A DNA stretch of 63,958 bases, filler included, from Circinaria calcarea (Eukaryota): assembly GCA_051942165.1 (NCBI GenBank). It is 4 parts of 4 records of this genome, joined end to end, with 100 filler letters (N's around TTAATTAATTAA, not from the genome) between each part and the next. Parts side by side here need not be neighbours in the genome. Positions count along the whole stretch, not along the records: positions 48,974 to 63,958 come from JAVECS010000394.1; 3 more parts are not named here. One strand, written 5' to 3'. A program made the position numbers and the translations under genes. Under the pieces are notes generated by a model. That model did no database searches. It was not told the origin of the DNA and saw nothing but the letters and a program-made list of their open reading frames with translations. This document shows, piece by piece, positions 51,901 to 63,958 of the stretch; the stretch's first letter is position 1, and every line of letters begins with the position of its first letter.

Positions 51901-54900
51901 CTCGCTCCACGAGACGCTGATCTCCGTGCAGGCAAGGAAGAAAATCGAAAGTGGGGACCACTGGTTACTGAGAGCGAGTGGAATGCTTGCCTCATAAGAT
52001 CCGGTTTCTCTGGGATCGACCTCAGTCTTGGAGGTTGCGAACACGCACCCCGAAGAGGTGGTAGAGCGATGATCTCGACTGCCATTGATACTCCTGTTGA
52101 GGCTGTGAAATTCCCTCTGTCTCCGACAAGGACCGTGATTGTAACAACTGGAGGCTCCACACTTCAGCAGACCATTGCCCGTCGTGTCAAGACTGAGCTA
52201 GAGAAGGCGCATTCTATCGACTGCATGATGGCAAATATCGATGATCCTGAGTCCGCTGATTTCAGCCAATCTGTTTGCGTCTTTCTACCGGAGCTGGAAC
52301 AGCCCTTTCTCAATCACATATCGATGCTGAGGTTTGCGAATCTGCAGAGGATAATATCAGCTTCTCAAGGGCTTCTCTGGATAACTACTGAAGGTGAGGT
52401 AGATCCTACGAATCAAATGGTACAGGGCTTTGCACGATGTGTCCGCGAGGAGACGAAGACGCTCAAGTTTGTCACCTTGTCACTCGAAATGAGTGAAGAG
52501 ATCTCCTCCATAACAGAGAACATTCTTCAAGCTTATCGAGGTACGATGCTCTCGAATGTCGAGAGCTATGAGCGAGAATTTGTTGCGAAGAATGGGATGC
52601 TCTGGATCAACCGTGTGATACAAGCTGACCCCGTCAACGGCCATATCTATTCAAAGACAACAATTCAACCTCCTGAGCCTAAGCCTCTCGACCAGCAACA
52701 GCATCGGCCTTTAAAACTAAGCATCGGCACTCCCGGTATGCTGGATACTCTTAGGTTCGTCGACGACACGCGAGTGCGATTGCCACTACCTCCCGATGAG
52801 ATCGAGATTGAGGTAAAGGCAAGCGGGCTGAACTTCCGGGACGTTTTGATTGCTCTGGGTCAAGCACCTGGTGACTATATTGGAGGGGAATGCGCCGGCT
52901 TTGTGACTCGAGCTGGAGCAAATACCGGCTTCAGTGCTGGCGATCGAGTCGTCGGTTTTGTCGAGGATTCGTTTACCACCCTTGGTCGCGGGCATGCCAT
53001 TAACGCTTGCAAAATTCCGGATGATCTCTCGTTTTCGTCTGCTGCTGCCATGCCTACCGTCTTCTGCACAGCTTATTATGCACTGTCGCACTGGGCTAGG
53101 ATGGAGCCTGGAGAATCCATCCTGATCCATTCCGCTGCCGGAGGGTTTGGCCAAGCCGCTGTTCAACTAGCGAAGCTGTACGATGTGGAAATATACGCTA
53201 CCGTGGGGAGTGAGGAGAAGAAACAATTCCTTGTCGATATTTACCAAATCCCCGAAAACCATATTTTCTCGAGCAGGTCACGTTCATTCGCGCAAGGGAT
53301 CAAGCGCATGTCACCTCGTGGAGTTGATGTAGTGATCAATTCACTTGCCGGAGAGGCTCTGCGTAGCTCTTGGGAATGTGTGGCGCCATACGGTAGGTTC
53401 ATTGAGGTAGGCAAGAAGGACATCTATACCTTTGGAAACCTTCCCATGTATCCTTTTGCCAAAAATGTTGCATTCGCCTGCGTCGACCTTGACCATCTTA
53501 TCCACACCAATAGAAAGTTAGCTGGCAAGCTCCTCCAGAAGGTTGTGGATCTATATCGAGAGGGCAAAATCTTCGTTCCTCAGCCACTTCATACGTATAA
53601 TGCATCGCAGGCTGAAGAAGCGTTTCGATATATGCAGAGCGGAAAGAGTAAAGGGAAGATTGTTATCGAACTTGGAGAAGATGACATTGTTCCGGTGAGA
53701 GATTAGACTCTTTGCCCTGTGGCTTGAAGCTAACTACAGCTATCTAGACGGTTCCTAGCATGCTACCTACATATACCTTTGACCCAAATGCAACCTACCT
53801 GATATCTGGCGGTCTTGGTGGCCTTGGGCGGTGTACTGCCCGGTGGATGGCAGAGCGGAATGCAAAGAACTTGATTCTGCTAGGCCGTCAAGGTGCCAAG
53901 AGCGACGTTGCCCAAAAGCTCATGGATGAACTTGACTCTCAGGGCGTCAATGTGGCAGCACCACCTTGTGATGTAACGGATCGTAACGCAGTGGCACTTG
54001 TTTTAGCGGAGTGTAGTAAAACATTGCCTCCGATCAAGGGTTGCATAGTTGGGACTATGGTGCTAAAGGTAAGAAATCCCCTAAGCCGTTCGCGGACCGT
54101 AAATTGATAATATTCCCTCCAGGATGCAGCATTCGAGACTATGTCATTTGAGGACTATAACATCCCGGTAAGGCCAAAGGTTGAAGGCACTTGGAATCTT
54201 CACACACTTCTTCCTAAGGCCCTGGACTTCTTCATTCTGCTTTCTTCAATGTCCGGAATCGCGGGAGTCTCCGGTCAGTCCAATTATGCCAGTGGGAATA
54301 CGTACCAAGACGCCCTTGCGCACCGTCGAATCGCCGCCGGGGAGAAAGCCGTTTCCCTGGATCTCGGGGTCGTTCTCTCTGTCGGTTACGTTGCTGAACA
54401 TGAGCGGGTTAAGAATATACTTCAAGGACGAGGCTTCTTGGGGGTTACTGAATCCGACTATCTAGCCCTGCTGGATTACTATTGCAATCCTGCCCTCCCT
54501 TTATTGTCGTCCTCCGAGTGCCAGGTCGTGACCGGACTCCAGCTCCCCAGTGTCCTCCACTCCCAAGGCCTCCCGGAAGCGTTCTGGATGCAGACGCCCA
54601 TGTTCCGCCATATGCGCCAGATCCAAAGCCACAATCCTGCATCCTCCAATGTCCACGCCGAGGACGCTGTGAATTTCGAGCAGCTGTTTGGTTCGGCAAA
54701 GTCCATTTCGGAGGCTGAGAGAATGTTACTTGCCGCCCTGGTGATGAAAATCTCTCGGTCCCTCGGGGTGGAGAAAGATGATGTCGACGCGAGCAAGCCA
54801 CTCTTTACCTACGGTGTCGACTCGCTCGCTGCCGTGGAGCTTCGCAGCTGGTTCCGGCGGGACTTGGGTGCGGACATTGCCGTGTTTGAGATTCTGGGTA

Positions 54901-54986
54901 ATTGGAGTATCGCTATGCTGGCCAGAGACGTGACTTTGAAAAGTCGGTTTGTGCCGGCAGACTTGAAAAAGGAGGGGGCGGAGTAA
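48974..54986 (+). CDS. Highly reducing PKS, 5'-truncated (partial AT-DH-cMT-ER-KR-ACP)
   Basis: Open from the contig start inside AT (GCINSP, IAYHT, LEIGPH); DH DHK|VNG..YP and HPAALD; c[11 protein letters not shown] and VLHAT; ER LIHSAAGGFG; KR GGLGGLG; ACP GVDSL; six introns. Confidence 0.95.
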
Positions 54987-55286
54987 GGTACTTTCATCTG
55001 TTTAGCCGTATAGATAAGAGTATACCTAGAATACATTTATCATCTGACGTATATGCTGTCATTTGAAAGCCCTTGGAATGGTAAATAGCATCGGCATCCT
55101 GTGTTGTCAAATTCGAGCTATAACTTTGAGATTTTAATGTTTGTACAGAGATCGGGGGCAGGCTAGAGAGATTTGTGGGGCAATTTCTCGCTTGCGCTCA
55201 GAAACGGCTGAAGTGCCAATCCCAATAATTTACTGATTAGGGAGTACACCACTATTCGTGACAATTCAAGACAGCAACCACACGTA

Positions 55287-56271
55287 ATGGCTTCCAAAGA
55301 CATCGCCTTAGTTGTCCTCCCACGGGGTAAGCCCGTGAAGAATCTACCCACAGGAATCAACCTACCTCGGGCGAGTCCCGCTTCGGAGCTTTACCAGCAG
55401 CTCGCGGCGTCGGCAGGCAGCTCTGTTCACCGATTGAGAGTCACCAAAGGGAGTGACGGACAGCTCATTCCCAACCGCCAAGATGTCTCCATATCCCAGA
55501 CGGGTTTGATGGGCGACAGTAAGATATACGTCAAAGACCTCGGTAAGGCGGTTTCTATGGACAATAAGCAATAGCTCATGGTTATTCTCTGCAGGCCCAC
55601 AGATTGCATGGCGGACGGTGTTTATTGTAGAATATCTCGGTCCCCTCCTCATCCATCCCCTCATCTACATCCTTCGACCGTACCTCTACAAATCCCCCAA
55701 CTTCTCCGCATTCCCCACCGCCTCGACCGCTCAGACTCTTTCCCTCCTCCTGATATGTATTCACTTTGGCAAACGGGAACTAGAGACGCTCTTTGTCCAC
55801 CGGTTTTCCACGGCAACGATGCCTGCTATGAACATCGTCAAGAACTCGGTTCACTACTGGGTGCTTGCGGGTCTCAACATTGCGTATTGGGTTTACCGGC
55901 CTCACGCGCGCATAGCTGCACATTCCAATCCGCTCCTGTTATACCCGGGGTTACTGCTTTTCCTCGTGGGCGAGCTGGGAAATTTCAACGCGCATATGAC
56001 ACTGCGAGGCCTCAGGAGCAGTGGTGGCCAGGAGCGAGGGATCCCCACCGGACTTGGCTTCGGCATGGTGACATGTCCCAATTACATGTTTGAGACGATG
56101 GCCTGGGTGGGGATCGCGATGGTGACGCAGAGCCTGTCGACGGTGCTTTTCATTGTGGTGGCTGCGGCGCAAATGGGAGCGTGGGCGAAGAAGAAGGAAA
56201 GGAATTATCGGAGGGAGTTTGGAGACCGGTACAAGAGGAAGCGATGTGCCATGTTGCCTGGTATATATTAG
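55287..56271 (+). CDS. TSC13: Very-long-chain trans-2-enoyl-CoA reductase
   Basis: Ubiquitin-like N-terminus; KDLG|PQIAWRTVFIVEYLGP (intron 55543-55594); KRELETLFVHRFS, KNSVHYW, VTCPNY. Confidence 0.94.
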
Positions 56272-57205
56272 CTAGACTGGACGATGGCTTGACTGTCTAT
56301 CCATGGTTGTTTTCCCCGTTGACCGAGTGATGTTTAGCGTCTCCGCCCGTTTACGATAGCTCTTTGCGCATTTGCGTCTTTCAGTTATCAATACATACTG
56401 TTTGTCACGCAAGTATCACAAAGACTACGAGCACACAAGGTCCTCATAATGCCTCATTGATCTACCAATGGTTATCCTGCTGCCCCCCCCCCCCAGTTGT
56501 CAGTCCATTGCATCACTCGGAACCCGGGGATGAAAAATCCGGGTGGCTGTAGGCACCAGCCCCCCGCACAGCCACATGTTTAATTCATCGGCCGACCGGG
56601 GGAAATTGAACGTCAAGTGGCGACAAGCGTCGACAATTCCTCACACTCGGCGGTAAAAGATGCCCAATTACTTGGAAGGCGAATGATGCTCCCAAGTCCG
56701 ATGGCTCCTCTTAGACAAGACTGACTCCAGAAAGGATGATCCCATGTTGGTAGTGCGGGAAAATCAAGGAAGCACAGTCCTACGTACTAGTGATGTGTGC
56801 TCTTTCGCGACCGGCAAACCCGCTCGAATCGGGAGGGTGGCCAGGAAACAAGGCGATAGTGGAGGCTGGGATCCGTAGTAACTGGAAGTTAGTGTCGCGA
56901 TGATGCTTCTTTGTGATCATTTTAAAAATGTCCTGGTCCAGTTCCTGTTTCCTGCTTTCCCGCCATCTTCGTCAAGTCGGGGCCTCGTGCAATAAGAGGC
57001 GGGTAGTTCCCAGCCCCCCTTCCCGGAAGCGCAACAAACAGAAAAATAAAATAAAAAAGCTGGGAGAGATTAGCTACTGACCGGATATTTCAAGACGCGT
57101 TCGCTGAATTAAGTACCACATTTCACTCTGCATACCTTCGCAACCTCGTCAATTGCAATCTCCAGCCTCTGTTGAGAATCTTCCATTGCAAGTGCCCGAT
57201 TCGCA

Positions 57206-58222
57206 ATGTTTACATCCACTCGCTTCGCCCTCGCCTTGGCGTCTCTCCCAGCCCTAATCCTCGCGCAAGAAACCTTTACCATCACCGTCAACGGCTCACC
57301 CACCGTCATCACTGTTCCTTCTCCCACTCAAGGCGTCGTCTTCGTTACCACGACCGTCACGAATCCCGCTGCCATCATCTCCACCACGGTTGGACCTGCG
57401 CCCACAGCACCGACTCTCGTACCCGAAGGCGAAATCGTCCCCATCACAATTAATGGATTTGTCACCACGATCCTGATACCATTTTCCGTCCTGGGCAGCA
57501 GTCGTCCGACGGAGCCAATCACCCTCTCACCCATCACCCCCGTTGTCTTCCCCGCAACCTACGCCCCCAGCATCTCCAGCGCCTTGGCCAGTGAAGCGTC
57601 GGCAGCGAGCGCGAGTGCCATCAGTGCAGCCCAAGCCGCTTCCTCGGCTGCCGGATCAGTCGCAGCCAGTATCACCTCCGCCGTATCCAGCATCGCAGTC
57701 GCCACCATCACGGCCACCATCTCCGACTCTGTGCTTCCCCTCCCGGGTCCCGGCCAAAGTGGTGTCTCCTCCTCTGCTTCCTCCGTCTCCGGTACCCTCA
57801 ATGCCGCCCAATCGAGCGCTATTATCGGTCCCGCCTCCATCTCCTCGCTCCCCCTCTCCGTCATCCAATCCCAACAATCGACGGCTTCCACGGGCCTCGC
57901 CGGCGAACCCAGCTCCATTGCCGTCTCGCGCTCCTCCCAGCTTTCGATCCTGTCGTCCGTCCTTTCCACCCTGGGAACGGAGCTCCCGTCCACTGGCATC
58001 ACGACCGTGACGACGAGTCTTGCACCTAGTCTCGTCACGAGTACGGCATCGGGATCTACCACTTCCACCCAGGCGTCTTCGAGTTCGCAGACGGCGCCGC
58101 CGGCGAGCAGTAGTGCTGCACCGCCGGCCAGTGGTGCGGAGGGGATGCGGAGAGTGGAGAAGGTGTGGTGGTTACTCGGGCCGGTTTTCCTGTGCATGGG
58201 AGCCGGCTGGATGGTCATCTGA
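57206..58222 (+). CDS. Ser/Thr/Ala-rich secreted, probably GPI-anchored cell-surface protein
   Basis: Signal peptide MFTSTRFALALASLPALILAQ; S/T-rich body; small-residue omega region (ASGA) and hydrophobic C-terminal tail. Confidence 0.88.
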   Translation: MFTSTRFALALASLPALILAQETFTITVNGSPTVITVPSPTQGVVFVTTTVTNPAAIISTTVGPAPTAPTLVPEGEIVPITINGFVTTILIPFSVLGSSRPTEPITLSPITPVVFPATYAPSISSALASEASAASASAISAAQAASSAAGSVAASITSAVSSIAVATITATISDSVLPLPGPGQSGVSSSASSVSGTLNAAQSSAIIGPASISSLPLSVIQSQQSTASTGLAGEPSSIAVSRSSQLSILSSVLSTLGTELPSTGITTVTTSLAPSLVTSTASGSTTSTQASSSSQTAPPASSSAAPPASGAEGMRRVEKVWWLLGPVFLCMGAGWMVI

Positions 58223-59562
58223 TCACCCTCCCGGTTGTCCGGGCAGACTTTTTTATCGTTTGCATGTGCATAACTTTTGGTGTTTTCTTTTTTTGTGTAA
58301 ATTTGTGATATCCAGCGAGGCGATGGTTTCGGAGTCTGGGGCTCTTCCCCTTTTCTATGTTCGATTGTACACGGCTCATCCAATCCAACGTTGGTCCTGT
58401 TACCGACGGGGGGTTTTTTGGCGATACGAGAGGATGAGGAAGACGCGAACGCGGATATTGAATAATGTGTATATGGAATTTTGGATCAAATATGAAGGGG
58501 GAAGGGGGGGGGGGAGCCGTCGAGGACGACTTTTTGTAAATACGGGGCCCAGCGTTGTCATGATGGAAAAAGGCACCGGGATCGAATATAGCGACGGAAA
58601 GTTTTTGGCAGCTGGACTTGGGGATCAGGTAGTCCCAACTTCGAGGAGGGAGCTTACTCTGTATAAAAAAATAATTCAAATAAGATAATTCCTTCATTAT
58701 TTAAATTCAACCTCGTTTTCGAAATGATCTATTTCTTCCCTTTTTTTTATTTCCCCCTTCTTTCTAGAATAAACACAAATCGCAATTACGAAACGCAAGA
58801 CGCGAAACGCGAAACCAACCCCCCTTCCGGAGGCGGGCGGGGAAGCCAGGGATTTCCCCCCTAAATAACCGGACCGGACTGGATAAATGAAACAAAAAAA
58901 TGAATATTAATATACAATCCACAGCTGGGTTTTCATTTCGCTTTGAGCAAAGGAGAGTGGAAAGGCATAGCGGAAGGGGAGGGGGAGGGAAGGAGAGGGG
59001 AAACCTTGAAATCCCCTCGGCTTTATTCATCAACCTTTTTTTCATAAATACTAAGAAAATAAAGCGCAGTAGTTAGTTATTCTCATCCTTTGGATTTATA
59101 TCGGTAAGGCCTTTTTTTTCCAGCTTGTAACCAGAAGGTTGGGACGAGGGGAGTACTTTGTAATGGAGAGCTTGGCCTTCATCCTTTGGATACCGGAGTT
59201 CCTGTCGTTCATGCTGAGCCGAAAGCGTTGGTTGTTAAAGGGGGCACAGGGGGTGGTATGGGAGTTGTGATCTTGTGTAGGGGGGCTTGAAAATCCTGCC
59301 TTTGTTGTTGTCGAATGTATGGTAATAATGTGGTATGGTACTGGATGAACCCCTCATGACTGGAGTTATAGCTTGTCGGGTTATTATAGGATCTTAATAT
59401 ATAAAAGTGTTTTTGGAAAAACTTAGTTGATAAGTAGTAGGAACGCTGTATAGTAGGGGTTGCCGGAACGGAAAAGCTTTTACCAGTTAGTCTAGTACTA
59501 CTTCCTCGATCATTCATCACCACTATAAAAAGTCAGTCACGGCCAGTGACTTTTCTTCGACC

Positions 59563-62135
59563 ATGTCTGCTCCTACTTCTAGTAAACCTTCTTCCAACGC
59601 CTTAGACTATAATTCTACGAGCGATCCGGTCTCAATAGGACAGAAAAGAGTTAGGCCACGGCTGAGCTGTACGCCATGCAGACAAGGGAAACTGAAATGC
59701 AACCGAGAGCATCCGGCATGTGACCAGTGCATGAAAAGGTCACGTGAGGCTTCTTGTGTTTACGTTGCTCTGACCACCCGTAGCAAACCGAGGGCAAATG
59801 TGAAAGGCCGGATCAGGCACCTAGAGAGCTTAGTAGTCAATCTTATGAATGGAGCCAATTCGAAGGAGCAACTCCCCGGGGATCGTCCAGATAATTACTA
59901 TCACGACGAACTGAATCTATCAGAACCTCCAGCATCGGTTCAAGATGTTGTAGCACACAAGAGCATGAATGGTACGGAGGATGATGGTATGAGAGAGCAA
60001 AACCAAAGTGCCGGTGCTTTCGGCCGAATGAAAATAAGCCATACAGAGACAAGCTATGTTGGGGGTTCCCACTGGACCGCGATACTGAACGAAGTAGGCT
60101 ATCCGCGTTTCAATGAAAAACATCGTTCATGTTGTTGTATGCAGTTGACTGAGGCGATAGAGTAGATCATGGAGGTCAAGAAATACCTTGATGAAGATGA
60201 CGAGCCACCAGATAACCATCTTACTGGCATCGAAGACCAAGTGTCCCAAGGAGCCGCCTTTGTATTGGGCAACCCAGTACCTGTCACCAAGACGGAACTA
60301 CTGGACTCCATCCCACCAAAACCCATCGTTGACCGCCTCGTGTCGCAGTGGTTCAACTCTCAGGATCCTGCTCATCGTAAGACGGTGCTCCAACGTTCGA
60401 CCTGGGAAGTAATTGACCATTCCCAGATATCATGCACGCTCCAACATTTCAGGAAGAGGTAAAGCTCGTCCAAATACTTTCGCAAGTTTTTTGGTCCAGG
60501 TGCATAGCTGATGACTTTTACAGTACAAGCAGTTCTGGAGAGACCCGCCTAGCGCACCGGTTATGTGGCTCGGCTTACTTTCTAGCATCCTATATGTTTC
60601 TGCAATCTGCGCACAACGTGCTGTAAGAGACGAGCATTCCTCTCTCTCAATGTCAGATATGGAAATAATCAGCAAATACAGAAACCTAGCTGCGTCCGCC
60701 TTGGTTTTGGGAGATTTCACCAAAGCAAGACCGTACACGCTTGAATGCTTAATTTTCTACTTGGAAGGTGAATATATGCTAAGCAATGATTCACAAGTCA
60801 AGATCTGGGTCTTACTTGGATTGATCGTTAGGCTGGCTTTGCGTATGGGCTATCACCGTGATTCGAGTCACTACAGTGACATCTCCCCGTTCCACGGAGA
60901 GATGCGGCGGCGAGTCTGGCACCTTATATTTCAGATCGAAGTACTCATATCTTTCCAACTTGGCCTCCCGTCCACGATCAAAAAACTCCAAAGTGACACT
61001 CTGTCTCCGCATAATCTCATGGATCATGACTTTTCCATCGACTCGACCGAACTGCCAACCTCAAGACCGGTGACAGACATGACACCGGTATCGTATTCGA
61101 TTGCAAAATGTAGGATCTGCCATGTATTCGCCACGGCTACAGACTTCTCCCAGGCAGTAAAATTACCCATTTACCTAGAAATAATGAGTTTAGACAGGCG
61201 CCTGCAAGAGAGTTACGAACTGGTGCCCTCAGATCTGCGAATACGACCTTTGGATCAATCTATTACAGATGCTCCGGATCTCATTATGAATCGCTTCAAT
61301 CTCGAACTCCTTTACCAGAAGACTCGATGTGTTCTACATCGTAGTTATCTACTAGAAGCACACACAGATTCTCGCTTTGCGTACTCCCAAAGGACATGTA
61401 TTCAGGCTGCTATGGATATCCTTCGACATCACTCAACAATCTATAACGCCTGTCAAGTCGGGGGCCAACTAAGCCCGGTCAAGTGGTACATGGCATCGCT
61501 CACAACTCATGATTTCCTTTTAGCTGCTATGATCATCTGCTTGGAACTCAATTCCAACCACAACGTTGACTCCGAGCCAATCGAGGATTACCCCACCCAA
61601 CCTGCACCAGCTCAAACGAGAGACTTGATATAAGCCCTTGAGAGATCTTATCAAATCTGGTGTAAATTAGAGGTGTACTCGGCCGAAGTTCGCAAGGCCA
61701 ACAAAGCTCTTGCTATCATGCTCAGGAAAGTCAAAGGTCCATCTATACACAGTGATACAGAGCAGGGCATTTTGCCAGGTTGGCCAGCAGCCTCAAATGG
61801 TGACTATAACCAGCGAGCTCGACAAACGGCGGATCCAGATATATCCTCCCTTTCGCAAGGGCTCGAGTCCGGGGAGCCTGCAGGTCTCATGTCCATTGGA
61901 GACATGCTTGATATGCCACTGAATCTCGACTGGGTAAGCAATAATCCGTTCAATAAAGACATCCAATACCAGAACCTTCTTCCTGTCACTGGTTTCTTAT
62001 ACAAACAAGCCCCTTAAATAGCGCTAACGCTTTCAATAGGAACGTTGGGATAATCAAATCAATAGCCAAAATGATGCTTCGCCGGATGATTTCTGGCCTA
62101 CAGAAGTAGGCTTGCGACAGTCTGAGTTTTCTTGA
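59563..62135 (+). CDS. Zn(II)2Cys6 transcription factor with Fungal_trans domain; one in-frame TAA at 61631-61633
   Basis: CTPCRQGKLKCNREHPACDQCMKRSREASC; RMGYHRD and EMRRRVW; four GT-AG introns; the frame continues past the stop to NLDW|ERWD...FS* at 62135. Confidence 0.88.
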
Positions 62136-62238
62136 ACATTTTCTGGATGCCACAACACGTTAAGTATAGACAACTCCTGAACAAACACCATTTGACCCGT
62201 CTATGCAACGCCTATGTATGAAAGTAGGATGGTGATTT

Positions 62239-63513
62239 CTACAAATATGGCAGTGTCTCGCGTTCGCACCACTCGAACAAGCGTCTTGCCGCTCCGGTCC
62301 CTCCTTCTGCTTCGCTGATTGTTCCCTCTTCAATATGCGCCGGAAGGGTTCCGCGCCGTCCCCAAGGGATGAAGAAGTTGCCATTATCTTTTGGCCCCAC
62401 GTCAGGAGATAAGCCAGCAAAGAGTTCAGTGTAAGCACCGAATTGTGGGCTCTTGAAGATTATGCCCTAGAGAATTGGGTTGTCAGGATTGTGAAATTCA
62501 GCGGTGTCATCGGTTTCCTGGACCATACCATAGCACGACGTTGTATCGCAGGCAGATGTCTTTGCAGCTCCGTCATCATCAAGCCCGGGTGCAGACTCTA
62601 GTCTCGTGAGCCTAGGTTTCGTCACTGGGACGAGGCCACCTACCACACTAAGAATCCCATCATTTCCAAGTCTCTTGGCAAATTCTGACGCCAAGAATAC
62701 ATCTCCCGACTTGCTTTGCATATAGTTTTCCATTGCTTTGAATTGTTTTGGATTTCCGTTCTCGTCAAATTGGACACCACCTTTCGGTGGTCCTGTCTGC
62801 ACCACCGAAGAAACCCAGACACTACGGACGGTGTTGCTGGGTGTCATCTTGGATGCCGCTGTTCTCCGAAGGACATCCTCTAAAAGTTTGTTGAGAAGGA
62901 ACGGGCCGAGGCAGTTTGTGCCCATCTCGAGATCATGACCCTAAAGAATCGAAGTGGTTAGGGAAAGCCTTAGCACACACCGCTCGGCAGAAGCGTATTG
63001 CCTTATCACTCCCGACGGACTTACCAGCTTCGTCTTACTTCCTACCGGCGGCATCATAACCGCTGCATTATGCACAAGCACGTGCAACCGATCCTCGATG
63101 GCCAGAAACTTTTCGACGGCCGGCTTGACCGTACTCAAATCCGCAAGATCAAGCACCATGATCATCAGTTTCCCTCTAGACTTTGGATGAGCGGCCTCGA
63201 TGTTTTTGATACCGACATTGGATCTTTCTGCTGAGCGGGCGGCGACGTAGACGGTGCCGTTTTTGCCGTAGAGCATTTTTGCCAGCTCGAGGCCTACACC
63301 TGAGGCGGCACCTGTGATGAGATAGACCTGGGAGGCAAAGCGCGAAGGGTTAGGATCGGGAGTGATGGGATGTGCTTTGGATTGAAGTTGAGGTGACGAC
63401 AAATGGTGAAGAGGGAAAGGAAGGGAAGGAATAAATACCTTGCCGGAGAGATCAGACAGAGACTTTTCTGTAAATGTGGGAGAAGGAGGGAAGAATTGAC
63501 TGAAGAGACTCAT
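62239..63513 (-). CDS. Short-chain dehydrogenase/reductase (retinol-DH/WWOX-like)
   Basis: DLSGK|VYLITGAASGVG, LDLADL, HNAAVM, YMQSK, SLHPG, FFIPWGR, LFEWCE; five exons; stop at 62239-62241. Confidence 0.92.
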
Positions 63514-63835
63514 GACTGTTTTTTTCTTTTTTTTTTTTTTTTTAGCCAACAAAAATCTTGCTAGAATATGCTATACCAATTTCAAGTTTTTATTTTCAAA
63601 AACGGAACAAGGTAGGAAATTGGAAGTAAATCTTTTGATCTCTCCCCCTCTCTATATCTCTCTCCAAGGAAGTTTCCCACGAGGAGGAGGCTAGGCTACC
63701 ATCCTTTATACAGATTTTTTTCCTAATTCTTATTTCCTCATCCTCCTCCTCCTCCTCCGGAGATAAGGAACTGCCTCCCCCTCCCCGGGGGGGGAACTCC
63801 TCCCTCTTCTTATACCCGCCAGTTCCAATTCCAAA

Positions 63836-63913
63836 CCCAGTTTCAGACCCAGTTTCAGACCCAGTTCTTGCCGTAAACAGATAGACCGACAGACAGACAG
63901 ACAGACAGACAGA
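63836..63913. repeat. 12-bp tandem repeat (CCAGTTTCAGAC) and (CAGA)n microsatellite
   Basis: Directly visible in the sequence. Confidence 0.85.
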
Positions 63914-63958
63914 TATATATGCTAACATCTTCATCTCTATCCACGGGCCCCATACTAC

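Noticed and set aside
32347..54986. Halogenated-polyketide supercluster of VCPO plus two HR-PKSs
   Set aside because: The three genes are on different contigs joined by artificial linkers.
57543..58697. Overlapping and antisense ORFs (274, 222, 160, 155 aa)
   Set aside because: Shadows of the GC-rich GPI-protein gene or chance frames in its 3' flank.
58380..59200. Homopolymer-rich tracts (also ~16480-16800, ~27930-28330, ~63560-63830) as G-quadruplex or regulatory elements
   Set aside because: Irregular runs look like low-quality consensus; cannot be interpreted without reads.

Overview
Fungal (Pezizomycotina-type) genomic DNA with short spliceosomal introns. The window is not one locus. 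It is four contigs joined by an artificial 100-bp linker (N44-TTAATTAATTAA-N44) at 16249-16348, 32575-32674 and 48874-48973, and the contigs look size-sorted at about 16.2 kb, so adjacency across linkers has no biological meaning. Contig 1: StcS/CYP59-like P450 (3' end outside the window), PTH11-like membrane protein, a non-autonomous Mutator-like element (81-bp TIRs, 9-bp TSD) with a nested 115-bp solo-LTR-like insert, CmcJ/NvfI-like oxygenase, HAD hydrolase with a duplicated ~43-aa insert, SDO1, RPS18, TRZ1. Contig 2: BTB protein, YqjM-type old yellow enzyme, F-box protein, NAD-dependent epimerase, an uncharacterised protein with MazF/PemK-like motifs, and the start of a vanadium chloroperoxidase. 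Contig 3: a complete HR-PKS (KS-AT-DH-cMT-ER-KR-ACP, one GC-AG intron), a second PTH11-like gene and an SDR, with repeats at both ends. Contig 4: a 5'-truncated related HR-PKS, TSC13, a GPI-anchored protein, a Zn2Cys6 factor with one in-frame stop, and an SDR. Best leads: the MazF/PemK-like protein, the HAD insert, the nested transposon, the haloperoxidase and the interrupted regulator. All family calls come from reading motifs; no searches were run.
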